From assembly GCA_002633005.1 (NCBI GenBank), contig NMRA01000234.1, positions 245,535 to 309,534 of the forward strand: a DNA stretch of 64,000 nucleotides. Reading direction: 5' to 3'. Shown here piece by piece: positions 46,225 through 58,100 of the stretch; position 1 is the stretch's first letter; every line of letters starts with the position of its first letter. A model generated the notes under the pieces. It saw only the letters and a list, made by a program, of their open reading frames with translations, made no database searches and was not told the origin of the DNA. The translations under genes were made by a program, and so were the position numbers. This DNA comes from Phoronis australis. Lineage: Eukaryota > Animalia > Phoronida.

Positions 46225-49200
46225 ATGCCAGCTAAACGAGGACGGCCAAAGAGGAAGCTTCCAACTCCTTCAGGAGAAAATGGCTGTGCTGCAGGTGATT
46301 TGAGTGAAGATGGAGGAATTGTTAAGAAGAAAACCAAGATGGCTTTTGGATTCAAAATGACCGTTGAGCACTGGTATGCACCTCACAGAGTGGCTTAAAC
46401 CTGCCTTCCATTAAAAGCTGCCTTTTGAACTAGACCACTTGCCACTTAGTCTAAAATTGTTTGTTAGTCAAACTAGAAAGAGATTTCTGGGCTTGGAAGG
46501 AACGACCAGTTGGTTATTGGTTGAGACCAGTTGGTGATTGGTTGAGACCAGTTGTTATTGGTTGAGACCAGACTGTGTATGTTAATTTGTCACAGCAGAT
46601 CATTTTGTGCACAGAGCATGGTTTCAAGCCCAGAAACCACTTGTCATCTGAGTTGGGAACCAGTTGAGATCAGCTAAGTGGTCTCAATCAAAATTGTCTT
46701 TGGTGCAGTGAAGGTTTCCGTAGAGGCACATTTTAGTCAAATATAACTTGATCTATTTGCCCTTGGCTTGCTGCAACTGATTAATCAGTTCAATACAACA
46801 GTTACTTGCATGCTCAAATTTGTATGCTTTTGTTTTTTATTGATTTCCTTCTAACAAAAGCATGTTGGCTGTAGAAAAAAAAATCAATTTACATTAATCA
46901 GTTTGTAAAGATGCAATAGCACCAGATAATGCCCTGTTATGAAATAGCTTATTATGACAAGAACGCAATGGGCCAGTTGACATAAAAGACTGAAGCTGTG
47001 AATAAATTATCTCCGGTTTAAATCTCACCAGTTTCGAATAGAATTTTTTTCCATTTTTCGAAGTCCTCTAGTAGTCTTGCAAATGCCCATCTTCCCAAAT
47101 GTGTCCTAAATTAATTGTTTTTGTTTTAATCATATTCGTTGTACTAAGAGGGACATTGTTGGCAAGAAGAGTAATGTTCTGTTATCAGCATCTATGTGGA
47201 TTTGAACCTGAAAACCCGGTGGTCGCAGTCAAATGGTCGTGGCGTTGTAGCTAAGCCCGACTTGAAATATAGGAGTTTTTAAGTGCACTGATTTAACTGG
47301 TAGTCACTAGCTTTGATTTCAGCAAATGTCTAGCAGAATTGGTGATATGTAAACATGCAACATTTTTGATGTTTTGTAGCTCTTGTCAAGACGTCTATCC
47401 TGTTAAACAATAATCCCAGAAAATGCATTTTTGGCGGTATAAGTGGTAATATCCAAGGGGCTAGCATTGTTTCTGCTGTTACTGTAGATTTGTATGAAGT
47501 GGAACTTCGAGTAAATATTCTTTTTCTTCACTATGACATTTCTTGTAAATTGGGTTGAAAGCTTTTTGAAATTTGAATTCTGGTTATTTCTCAAACAAAT
47601 GAAAACACCACTTGATTGTAGCTTTTATATTCAGTAGACCAGCTCAATATTACAATCTTTATACTAATTTTGTTTTATTTTTGGTTGAGGTTTGCAATCT
47701 GAACTGTCTCTTAAAACTGCATTTGTTCAGTATTTAGCTGCCAAAAATGAATGAATGAATGAAGGCTCTTGTGCTTATAACATTGGTCTCCTAATAATCC
47801 TCACTGTTACCATAACCTTCAGTGACTCAAGAAAATGCTTCAGAACTTGATGGTGTTTGTCAACTCTAAAATGTATTGATATCGTGAAGTGCCTCTGTTA
47901 AGAATTCAGCTAAAAAAATGAAGTGCCCCTTTAATTATTGTTAGGTGTGACAAGAGGATAGAAAATATAAGCCCCGATCACGTAACTATCTATGTTGACA
48001 CCCACACTGGTCAAGATTGTTAAACTTGACTGATTTGCTAGCCTTGAAATCTACTGCCGTCTTCAGAGAAACCATCCAGTAGCAGGCAATTACATCGCCT
48101 GTGAGAACAGCAGGCTGTTGATGTGGTAGCTTGGCTAACTTGTTCATCTACAGTCTACACTTGGGCCAGTAATAGATAGTATTCTGGTTCTTATTGATTC
48201 TGGGCTGGGTGTGCAACATAATGGTTGATTGGCACGGGCTCATAAACCAACAGGAATCAGTTGGAAATTGAGGAAAGCCAAGTGTCATCATACAATCTTT
48301 GGCAACTGAAGTTGCTAAGAACTGGAGCATCAAGGTTCAGTCTCTCATGACCATTTCTCACTTTTCCGTCATACAATGATTTGAAGACTGTTAAAACCAA
48401 AGGAGTGTGGTTTGATGTTCAATTGATTTCTGTTTTCAGTAAATCCTGAAAGGTGTATGCCCGTAATGCAACAGCCATGGTTGAAGCAGTGCGGGCCGAG
48501 TTCGGCGAGTTTGAGGCTGTCCTTAACAGAGAGCCTCCTCGTCGTGGAAGTTTTGAATTCACTGTTAGGAAGGATGATGGAACAGGTATGGGAATGAGGC
48601 TGTTATTGTCACTGTGGTCACTAAATTTTTTATTGACTTTATTACTTGGCGGAATTCTGGGAATTCTTGGAATTATATCGGTCTGACATCAAGTTTTTAC
48701 TTGGCGAAATAAATTTCGCCAAGTATGTTGCTCGTTTGTTTTCTTTTGTTTTTTTTTTGTTTGTTCGCACGATGACATGCTATTATACAAAGCCAAAAAA
48801 CCGGAAGTTGCTTTCAAGATGGCGAATCTGGCGCATGTTGATCCATTTTCAGTCGTGCTGGAGTGCGATTTTAAACGGGAAGAGAAAAAGACGTGATTTT
48901 TTGCATGTGGATTCTTTGAAGTATATTCTTTCAAATGGCCTGCAACAATTTTTTTCTCAGACTTACCGTTTTCGAGTTATTTGACTTTGAATTTCTTAAA
49001 AAAAAACGCAAAATTTCATTTTTTTCAAAAAATTTACGGAATTAGGCGATACCATCAGTCTATAGAGTTTTGAACGGGCTTTCAGAAGATGTTTTCCATT
49101 TTTCGCTAGGACGTCTACTTTTCGAGTTATTTGAGATTTTCTGATAACACTGTTCCTTTGTTGAGCGCTCTTGCTGCATTGATGTTGGTTTATCTTCTAT

Positions 49201-51516
49201 TGAACTAGACTGTAGCCTATTTCTTATTGATTTATGACATCTAAGTTCGTCATATGAATGTTGTGATGTTGTTCATCATCGCCACCACCATCATCATATT
49301 CGTCATCATCTTCGTCATCATCTCCGTCGTCTTTTCCGTTAATTTCGGCAAGTGTTGCTCAAGACTGTAGCCTTTTTCTTACTGATTTCGGACTTCTACG
49401 TTCGTCATGTGTATGTTATTATTACTTCTTTTGTTCATCCTCGCCACCATCTTCGTCATCATCTTTATCGTCATATTTTTGGTCAATTTCGCCAAGTTTC
49501 GCTTGTCGGAGCGCTTTCATTTTTTGTTCGCTCTCTACAGGTCGCAATTTGCACACAACGTGTAGATCGGAAAGTCCTGGAAGCCTATTGTTTTTGGTCA
49601 TGATCGGATTCAAAATGGGGGACGTGGCAGCCATTTTGTTTCCGGTTTCAGATTCAAATGCTCATAGAGGCCACATTTTTTGACGTACAAGGCTGAAACT
49701 TGGTACGATTATTATAGAACACATGTACTACAACTTTGCCAAAAAACGTTGACTTCTGGTTAACGATGGCGGAAATATTGACAATTGTTCATGCGCACCT
49801 CGATATCTGGCCAAAAACATTTTCTCTAACTTGTAGAGAACGCATTGGCAAACCAATCACTTTCAAACTGGTAACGTGTTTGTTGCTATTGATCGCCTTT
49901 TATAAAATTTTGTTTAAAAGGAAGTCATTTCAAGATGGCGGCTCTGCTGCATTTTCACCCGTTTTCAATCGTTTTGCGGACACATTTTTAACGGGAAGAG
50001 CAAATGACGTGAATTTTTGCATGTGGATTCCTTGAAGTATTCTCTTTCAAAAGTTCTGCGATAACGTTTTTCTCAGACTTACCGTTTTCGAGTTTTTTTA
50101 CTTTGAATTTAAAAAAAGGCAAAATTTCAATTTTTTCAGAAATATAATGATATGTTGCGAAACTATCAATTTAGTTTGGAATGGGCTTTAAGAATATGTT
50201 TTCCATTTTTTGCTAGTACGTCTACTTTTCGAATTATTTCAGTTTTTCTGATAGCACTGTTCCTTTTTTGAGCGCTCTTACTGCATTGATATTGGTTTAG
50301 TTTATTTGAACAAGACTGTAGCTTATTTCTTACTAATTTATGACATCTAAGTTCGTCGTATGAATGTTATGATGTTGTTCATCATCATCACCTTCATCAT
50401 CACAATCATCATCGTCGTTAATTTTGCCTATTGTCGCTCAAGACTGTAGGTAGCACTGAACATCGTCCTGTTTTCGTGTAATGTTGCTCCTCCGAGCGCT
50501 CTCGCACTGTTGCCAGTTTACGGGGTGCGTGAACAAGACTGCAGGCTATTTCTTACTGATTTATTGGCTAGTCACATGAATGTTATCGTGTTGTTCATAA
50601 TCTCCACCTTCATCGTTGTCGTCGTCCTCCCCATCGTCCTGTTTTCGCGTAATTTCGCCTCGTTTAGTTTTGTAGTAAGGCTTGGGGGGGGGGTCGAGGT
50701 GCTGAAATACCTGCAGTAGATAGGTAAAAAATGCCACACGTGTCTGCTGGATCATTCATTTGGTTTTGATACATGAGCATCAATCAATGCATTGCATAAA
50801 TGTGCGAAGCTTGTTGTCTTAAAGCTCTAAAATATATTCTAGTGTTGCATGAGTAATTTTAGGATTGTGGAAGGTATTTATTTGTATCTGTCTTCTGTTT
50901 CACATAGTTATCTTCATGTTCATCATGAGCTCTTCATTGTGGTGAGCGTAACAAATACAGGCTCAGACCAGACGGGGTCCAGATTAGGACCAGACCATCC
51001 CCTAGTGGGCCACTTTAGCATCGCTGCCATGTATGAGTATGAAGTTCCTCATGCTCTGTCTGTTGTCCGTCACCTTCTGGTCATGAGCCTGGATTCTCAC
51101 CTGTACTGATCCGTAGGATATGCCTCTTGTCGTAACCTGAATTATCACCTGTAGTAACGCCCTGCCCATACCTCTAGTAATGACCATGGTACACACCTGC
51201 ACTAATGTCCTGTATATGCCTCTAGTAGCCATAACCTGGATTCTCACCTGTATGCCCTGCCCACATCTCTAGGCATGACCATGGTACACACTTGTAGTAT
51301 TGCCCTGCATATGCTATAAATTGTAACCTGGATTCTCCATGTAGTAATGCCCTGCCCACACCTCTAGTCATGTCTGTGGTACACACCTTGAGTAATGCCG
51401 TGCCCACTCATTTTGTAGAGCATGTCATTTGGACTGGTTTAAAGAAAGGACCACCTCGCAAACTCAAGTTCCCTGAGGCTTCACTCATCATTGATGGAAT
51501 AAAGAAGATTCTATGA
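46225..51516 (+). CDS. SELENOH: Selenoprotein H (thioredoxin-like Rdx fold, CxxU), ~130 aa; Sec codon TGA 48447-48449
   Basis: Exons 46225-46373, 48440-48585 and 51419-51516. N-terminal KRGRPKRK (AT-hook/NLS); VEHC-KS-U-KVYARNA; PRRGSFEF; WTGLKKGPPRKLKFPE, which is the SelH signature. Confidence 0.95.
46480..46690. repeat. Small inverted-repeat element with an internal ~21-bp tandem repeat (GGTTGAGACCAGTTGGTTATT)
   Basis: TTTCTGGGCTTG / CAAGCCCAGAAA inverted pair enclosing ~3 tandem units. Confidence 0.55.
48690..50680. mobile_element. ~2-kb composite non-autonomous element (Helentron/HINE-like) with an internal duplication, in SELENOH intron 2
   Basis: Terminal hairpin TACTTGGCGAAAT-AA-ATTTCGCCAAGTA (48698-48725) followed by a (TTGT)-rich tract; block ~48880-49345 is duplicated at ~49990-50445; repeated (CAT/CGT)n tracts and AAGACTGTAGC modules; CpG-rich. 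Confidence 0.6.
51090..51408. repeat. Degenerate compound minisatellite (ACCTGTAGTAATGCCCTGCCCAC.CCTCTAG..ATGACCATGGTACAC / AACCTGGATTCTCACCTG)
   Basis: About 7 alternating units ending ~10 nt before the SELENOH acceptor at 51418. Confidence 0.75.
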
Positions 51517-52280
51517 AAGGTTTCGAGAGTAAGTGAATATGATTTGCTAAAGTATATAAAAGGTTGAACCATATTGGCACAGCCTTGTGGAGCACAATGG
51601 GGCCACCATAGTCCTTTGTTGTTAACAAAAATACCCCCAGTTTCAACTCATCATTTCCATTTTTCCAACTCACCTCCCTTGTGCATTTGCATTGTCCTCC
51701 CAGGTTACCGGTTTTTTATGTTGCAGGAAGCCAGGTTGGAAATTACATGTCGCTGTTGCAGTAAAGCCATGTTTCAATATTTACAATATTCCACAAATCC
51801 CAAGCCAACTGCCAGTTGCTGTGGTAACGGCAAACTTCAGTTGCAACAGTTTCAGAAAAATCCATCCAGATCCACTGTAACAGAGTTCTTTAGCAAGTGC
51901 AAGCTGTTAAAAATGCTTCTCGCCCCACTTAGCTGGCTATGACCGAAAATTCAATTAGACCCGTTACTCCAAAAAATCGGTCTCAATAATATTCCATATG
52001 GTTATACACTAAAATTGGACATTTGAAATAACACAGGTACATATTACTAGTGACTTAATGGTAACAAAATCCTTATTAAGGGTGTATTAAGAGACTGATT
52101 TGATGTGTAAAAGGTTTAGTTAGATTTTCAACAAAAAAGGCAAAATGCAGCTTTAAGGTTAATCCAGTGTTTTGTAATTAATGGCATGAACTTGGTCACC
52201 AGGGAATAAGTTTTTTTTTTTACTTTTCTGCTCATTCATTGATGTGTTGTATCCTAGGTAACACAATGGCTGAAATCACG

Positions 52281-52359
52281 TCTTTATCTTATGGTTGTTT
52301 GACGAGTGAAGGTTAAAGGTCAAGTCACTGTCTTCATTCCGATGGTTTTCTCCTGAAGA
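52281..52359 (+). promoter_or_regulatory. SECIS element (type II-like, non-canonical UUGA core) of SELENOH in a 3'UTR exon
   Basis: 5' core (T)TGAC 52299-52303; helix II GAGTGAAGG (52304-12) / TCTTCATTC (52331-39); AAA at 52315-17, 12 nt after UGA; ministem GGT/ACT; 3' core CGAT 52340-43; helix I TCTTTA/TGAAGA. 3'UTR intron 51529 (GTAAGT) to 52257 (CCTAG). Confidence 0.8.
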
Positions 52360-53189
52360 AACTGACATGATTTTTGCAAGTTGTCTCGAGCTTTTAGATA
52401 AATTTTATATTTGCTAACTTAGTGTAGTTTGTAACATAACAAAGATTCAGTAGCATGTTTAATTATTCATATTTTTACTGGATGTGCTTGAATCGCCATT
52501 TCCTGTGTTCAAGTCTCTAGTTTCTTATTGCAAAACTAGCACTTGATAAACAAGGTATGGTGTCTGCTCATGCGTAGTGTTACCATTTGCTGCTCAGCGT
52601 TACACTGATTTCACTAATCATTTGCTGTTCAGTGTTATACTGATTTGACTTACCATTTGCTCTATGCAAGAAGTTACTATGATGCTAAGTGATATACTGA
52701 TACCACTATACTGTTTCTCTGCATGTTTCTATGATTATTCTGAAGTTAAATGTCGCAACTAGTTTTGAACTTTGATTTGTTTTGTAGTACATTGAATATA
52801 ACACCATACATTATTCGTCAGATATTTTATTTTGCCTAGTTTTAAACTATAGTTTTGACAACATGTATTCCCAAACATCTCTCCCTAGATGACCCAATAC
52901 TTGTAATAATTAAACAAAACTATTTCAACAACATAGATTCACCACCTTCTCTTGTCCAATAACTTACACTCAACTTTTATCAATAAATTATTAATAATAG
53001 TTAACCTTCCAATAAAGTCAATGTTAGCCAGCCTTTTATTTACATAAGCACATTTGGCTAAGTCTATGATGATCCATTAAAGAACTCTGTAACTATTGAG
53101 GCAGGTGTATTAAAAGTAAAGTTGCCACTTGAGCAGTCGCCAGATCATCTGAAAATCAACGCCAGTTATGCTCTTTTTTGTGGAAACAT

Positions 53190-53650
53190 AACATTCAAAT
53201 TTCAGGACTATCCTTCACCAAACTTGAAGGAGACATTGAGACAGACACAAAAACATAACTGCCACTAGAGGACCTGACTGAAAATTCACCCATACAGTCA
53301 TCAATACAAACATGCTTATGATGATCCTTTAAACCTCTCGACAGAGAGACCTCCCCAAAAATGGACACTAAAATTGCCACTAGGTGGTGCACTAGAAATC
53401 GGCTGAACCCAGAAATTTATGGATAATGTCATTACCGACAAATTTCAAAATGATCCCAGACTTAAAACTGCTGCTAGGTGGCAAAGTAGTTGTCGTAAAC
53501 ATCTGAAAGTCATTGCCATCTGTCATCAGCTTCAAATGAGCACATCTGCCAAATTTCACGAAGATCATACAAAAGTATCGGGCATACAACAGAACACACC
53601 AGACAAAGTGACTCTGGACTCTGATGTACAAACATGTATATGTGGGCCCA
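53190..53650. mobile_element. Interspersed repeat family copy carrying a CTCF-like motif; related pieces at ~61320-61560 and ~63880-64000
   Basis: ACTAAAATTGCCACTAG is identical at 53367-53383 and 63927-63943; CACTAGGTGGTGCAC is shared with ~61514; CAAATTTCA..ATGATCC-type modules. Confidence 0.5.
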
Positions 53651-55120
53651 TTTAGTGTCGAAAATTAAAAGGCCTAAAGAGAGCCCAATTGTTGTGGAAT
53701 AAAAGCTGTCCCAAACATTTGCCACGTAGTAATTTTCTGTGTGGCAGTTTACAGTAAAGGTGTAATACACGTTAATTAAACAAAATCGCAGAAGTTGACA
53801 ATTAGGGCAAACACCATTTTCAACTGCTCAATTAGAAGTCGGCAGCCAGGGCCAACCAACTGGAGCATAATTGTCTTGATGCCATATCAAAACAAAACTA
53901 AAGATATTGTTGCCAGCCACAGTCAACCCTAATTAATGAGATAAAATTGTTTGAGTATTGGCACCAAACACTAGGGGGAAGTCAAAGTGGGGATAAGATG
54001 ATGTGGGGTGGAGTTTTCAATTTTCTAGTTAAGAGTCAGGTTGCATTTATAGCAATTCATTTCCAGAATCTTTAGACTTCTTCCAGATTCGGTTTAAATA
54101 TGGCTCATGTTTCAATTTTTAAGAATGTGGGCCAAATTACAAAAATGTTGAGTAGTAAAAAGTTTTTCTAACGTTTTTTAAAGGTTTTCATCCTCAGCAT
54201 TCCTATAGGAGTCGATGAAATTCACAATAAATCAATTGGAATGTGAAGGTCATCCAAGTAACTCAGAGTAGTTATCAGTAACGTCTTCATGAGACACGAG
54301 ACAGATCTGCATAATTATTCAAGTCTATCTCCACAGATAATCCTGGGCCCAAGGAGAGGAGTTTGAGGTAAGCAAAAAGTTTTGCTAGTAAAATAATTAC
54401 AGAGGGTGACCAGAATGTAGCAAACCTAGAAACTAATACAACTTAACAATAAATGCATAACATAAAATTGGTATTGCACAAAAACTGGTTTTATTAAAAA
54501 AGTAAAGTTGATTTCCCAATGTTAAATAAAATTTCAATGGCAAAAGAATAAAAGTTAGTAAGTGTATTCATAGACGCCAATCCGGGTAAGTTTCATATAA
54601 CTGGGTCTATTATTGTCCTGCGCCATTTTGGTTGCAGGTTTCAATTTCAAACTCTCCGGTAGAAGAGGGAAGAAATTAACAATGTTTGTCCACAGGGGGG
54701 CATTCCCCTGCTGCATTTGGCATTGTTGTATGCTATTTTGCTCGCCTTTTCTATATAAACGACAATAGAATACCAAAAACATGACCTCAAATGCACCATT
54801 TCAGAAAAAAATCCAACAACATTTCTACCTGCAAATTCTGTGAAAAAGACTCATTATTCACTAGGTGGAGCTACTTAATAGAGATTGCTCTCAAAATATG
54901 GAGAGAGCGGAAAGCTCCATCATGGGGCATCTGTGCATGACGGACCTTACATGACTGCCTGAACGCGTGCATTTACTCAGGCACCATCATTTTCTCACTA
55001 GCACCACCTAGTGATTTTGGATACATCCATTGAGTGATGCTTCCGTGTTCTCACATCAACTGCACCACAAGTTCAAACCACATTTGCCTTGAAAGAACAA
55101 CTTTAATGCTGTGACACACT

Positions 55121-58100
55121 TCAGCGATCTGACATGCCAGAAGTAATATAGTTGAGCGCTACTTGAAATGATGTCAAACCATAGCCTTCCTCGCCCATCA
55201 GGTAACTAGAATTGAAAAAGGGAATCGCTTTGAGAAATGATGAAAATGCAGCATCACACTACCGAGTACAAACCACGTGTCGTGTAACCATTGTATTTAA
55301 TTCTGACGTTAATGGGAAATATTGAAAAAAATCTACTAGTTGTATACAGTTGTGGTTTGAATAAAAATTTGACAAACTAACTATCACCCAGCTACAATGT
55401 ACCATCATGATGCCTAGTGACCGACACTGACACATACTGACAAATCACTACTATGATCATGAATTCTAGAGCTCAGTCATCATGACAAGGAATTCTTTGT
55501 CATTTTGTCCCATTATCTTTGTCAGGTAGATTACAGACTGGTAAACAGTTGTGTGAATATTCACCAGGCAATTACATTTGGTTCTATACCCTCCCCCCTT
55601 GTAACCTCGTATGACACAATTTTGTTTCTTCAAGTTTGCACATCTTTACCATCTACCACTCTCCTCAAACCACTGCAATATATGCATCAACCTAAAAGAA
55701 CCATTTCATGTTGCCTTCAGTGAGAAGTGTGCATTTTCCAGCCTGATTACTTAGACAAGGTGCCACTGACTATTCATTAGTCTAAGGAAAGGGAGTGGTA
55801 TATATGTTGGGGTCTAAGACGGACATTCACAGACGCAGGCACTTATAAGAATTATCCGATGAACAGGTAACCTTACCCCTCGTGAATGAACTCGTCCATT
55901 GCATAACACTCGGATATGATCTGTGGAACGTTGGACTTGAGCAGTACATAGCACAGTATGGGCATTATGTCATCTGCTCCACTGAAAATACATACCATGA
56001 ACTTTGACCCAGAGCAAAGTACTGGACAAATCATCAAATTAAATGTGGAGAACATTTAGTTGTTGAAGTCATTTAACAGGATGCAAAATGTGTGAAAATG
56101 TTGAAAATTTGAAGTGTTGACCATTTCTGTAAGCTCCTTTTGTCAGTTTTTTGAGTACTCCGCAGCTAGTTTGGCCTGTGTGCACAGACAGTAACAAATT
56201 ATGGTAACCGTATTTAACGAAGTAATACACTTATCTAGTGTCTATAGCTTAAAAAGATGATCATGTAAACCAGCAAAACCTGATGTGAATCTTCTAACAC
56301 GATATAACTTGAACAAAAACGCAACAACTATTAAGATGAGTTGTGCAGACCACTCTCCACTGTTACAATACTCACAGAGCAGGGGGGTTTGGGCTATCCG
56401 AGTAGAAATCTGTCACACACTGACAAATTAGACGGGTGACTTTCACTGAAAACATGACAAAATGTATCAAATAATTGTATTTTATACAGTGCTTTACTTA
56501 TGGTAAAATCTATTTAGGACATAATATAGCAGAAAAAGAGAAATTTCACGAGTGGAAAGTTCCTACCAAATGAATGCCTTGATACAAATAGCTACCATCA
56601 GACGATGTTTTGAGAAATTGAGGGCAGTTGAACAGTGCTAGAAGTCCTTGAAAATGAAAAAAGGGTAAATTTTAGCAATTATATTTAGTCCAAAATTGAT
56701 TACATTTTATAAGAGATGTTGATGTCTGATGACTGTTCATGCTGTTATCTCTGATTTTAATGAAATTGGAGGACAGCAGATTAAGTGAACGGCATTATCT
56801 AGGTTTCTGTAAGGACAAAAGATGGTATGGAAGAATCCATAACTGATCTAAATTTTAATAGAAAATATAAAACTTGAGTCAAAATTTTTACAACTTTCCT
56901 TCAGCCTATTTTTAATTGCAAATAAGTCCAAGAAGAATTGTACTTTTTTCCGACCCTATGGATTTGGAACACCAGTACAATAATGCTATCTAATTAACAA
57001 ATAATTACCTGTGCATTCCAATTTCTCCAGAGGACACTGCAGAGAGACCATACATCCCAGCTCATCAATGGCCACCTTGTAAGGACAACTAACTGCATCA
57101 GTGTTTAAGCACCATTTGTCTCTCACACCGACATCCGCTGGGGAGACACTATAATGCGATTTCATGACAGCAACCAATTTTTGTTCCTCTTCTTCGTGAA
57201 CCACTCTGAAATAGCAGTAATATAGCAGTAATATAGCAGTAATATAGCAGAAATATAGCAGTAATATAGCAGTAATATAACAGTAATATAGCAGTAATAT
57301 ATCCATCGTACATTAATTAACATGAAAAAAGATTGGATCTAGCTCAGATATAATGGGAAACATTGCAAAACCTTTCTACACAATTTTTCCATCAGTTACG
57401 TTTAAAACCAAATAAAATATCTGATTTTTCTTTTAAGTACTTTTCCCAAGCTCAAAGGGCTTTCATTTTATTCATCGCATGAAAATTTTGATTCGTATTT
57501 CAGAGGACTACTTTTGGAAAATTGTGTTTACTTACGCCCACCCCGTGTATACAATGGGACAGGCTTACATATAGAATTCTTTGATAAAAAGTCGTCTCAT
57601 TCATTTAATTTCTTTACCGAATTAGCTCAGCACATGTTAGCACACCTGAACAAGATTATCAACCAAGGCCAAACTTTCTTAAAGAACGTCTCCTCCAACA
57701 GCACGTGACACTGATCTCTAAGGACTGAGCTATCACTGTCAGGCGTCTCGTAACAGTCAATAAACCTGTCAATCAATTTGTCCAGGTATATGTGCACATC
57801 CTTGGTAATGTCCTTCAGGTGGCGTCTGCACGTTTCTCGCTCATTCTGAAACACTTCATCTGCGTTTATCGATTTCTCCTCAGATTCTTGATTTACCAAA
57901 GGATTTTGATTATCTCCATCACTTGCTTCAGCATCCTCGGTTACATTTTCTAGCTCTTCTTCAAAAAGTTCATCCATTTCATCAAGGATTTCCACAGATG
58001 TCAGACGTTTGACAGTAGTGTTGCCTTCATTTATTGCCCTTTCAACATCTCTTTTGCATTCCTCAAAGGCAGATCCAAAATCACAAATGCCAGTAGGCCC

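Noticed and set aside
48447-48449. Premature stop implying a SelH pseudogene
   Set aside because: The TGA aligns with the Sec position of the CxxU motif, the downstream exons are intact and a SECIS candidate is present
49352-50755. Acidic and His-rich ORFs on both strands
   Set aside because: They derive from (CAT/CGT)n tracts of the intronic repeat element
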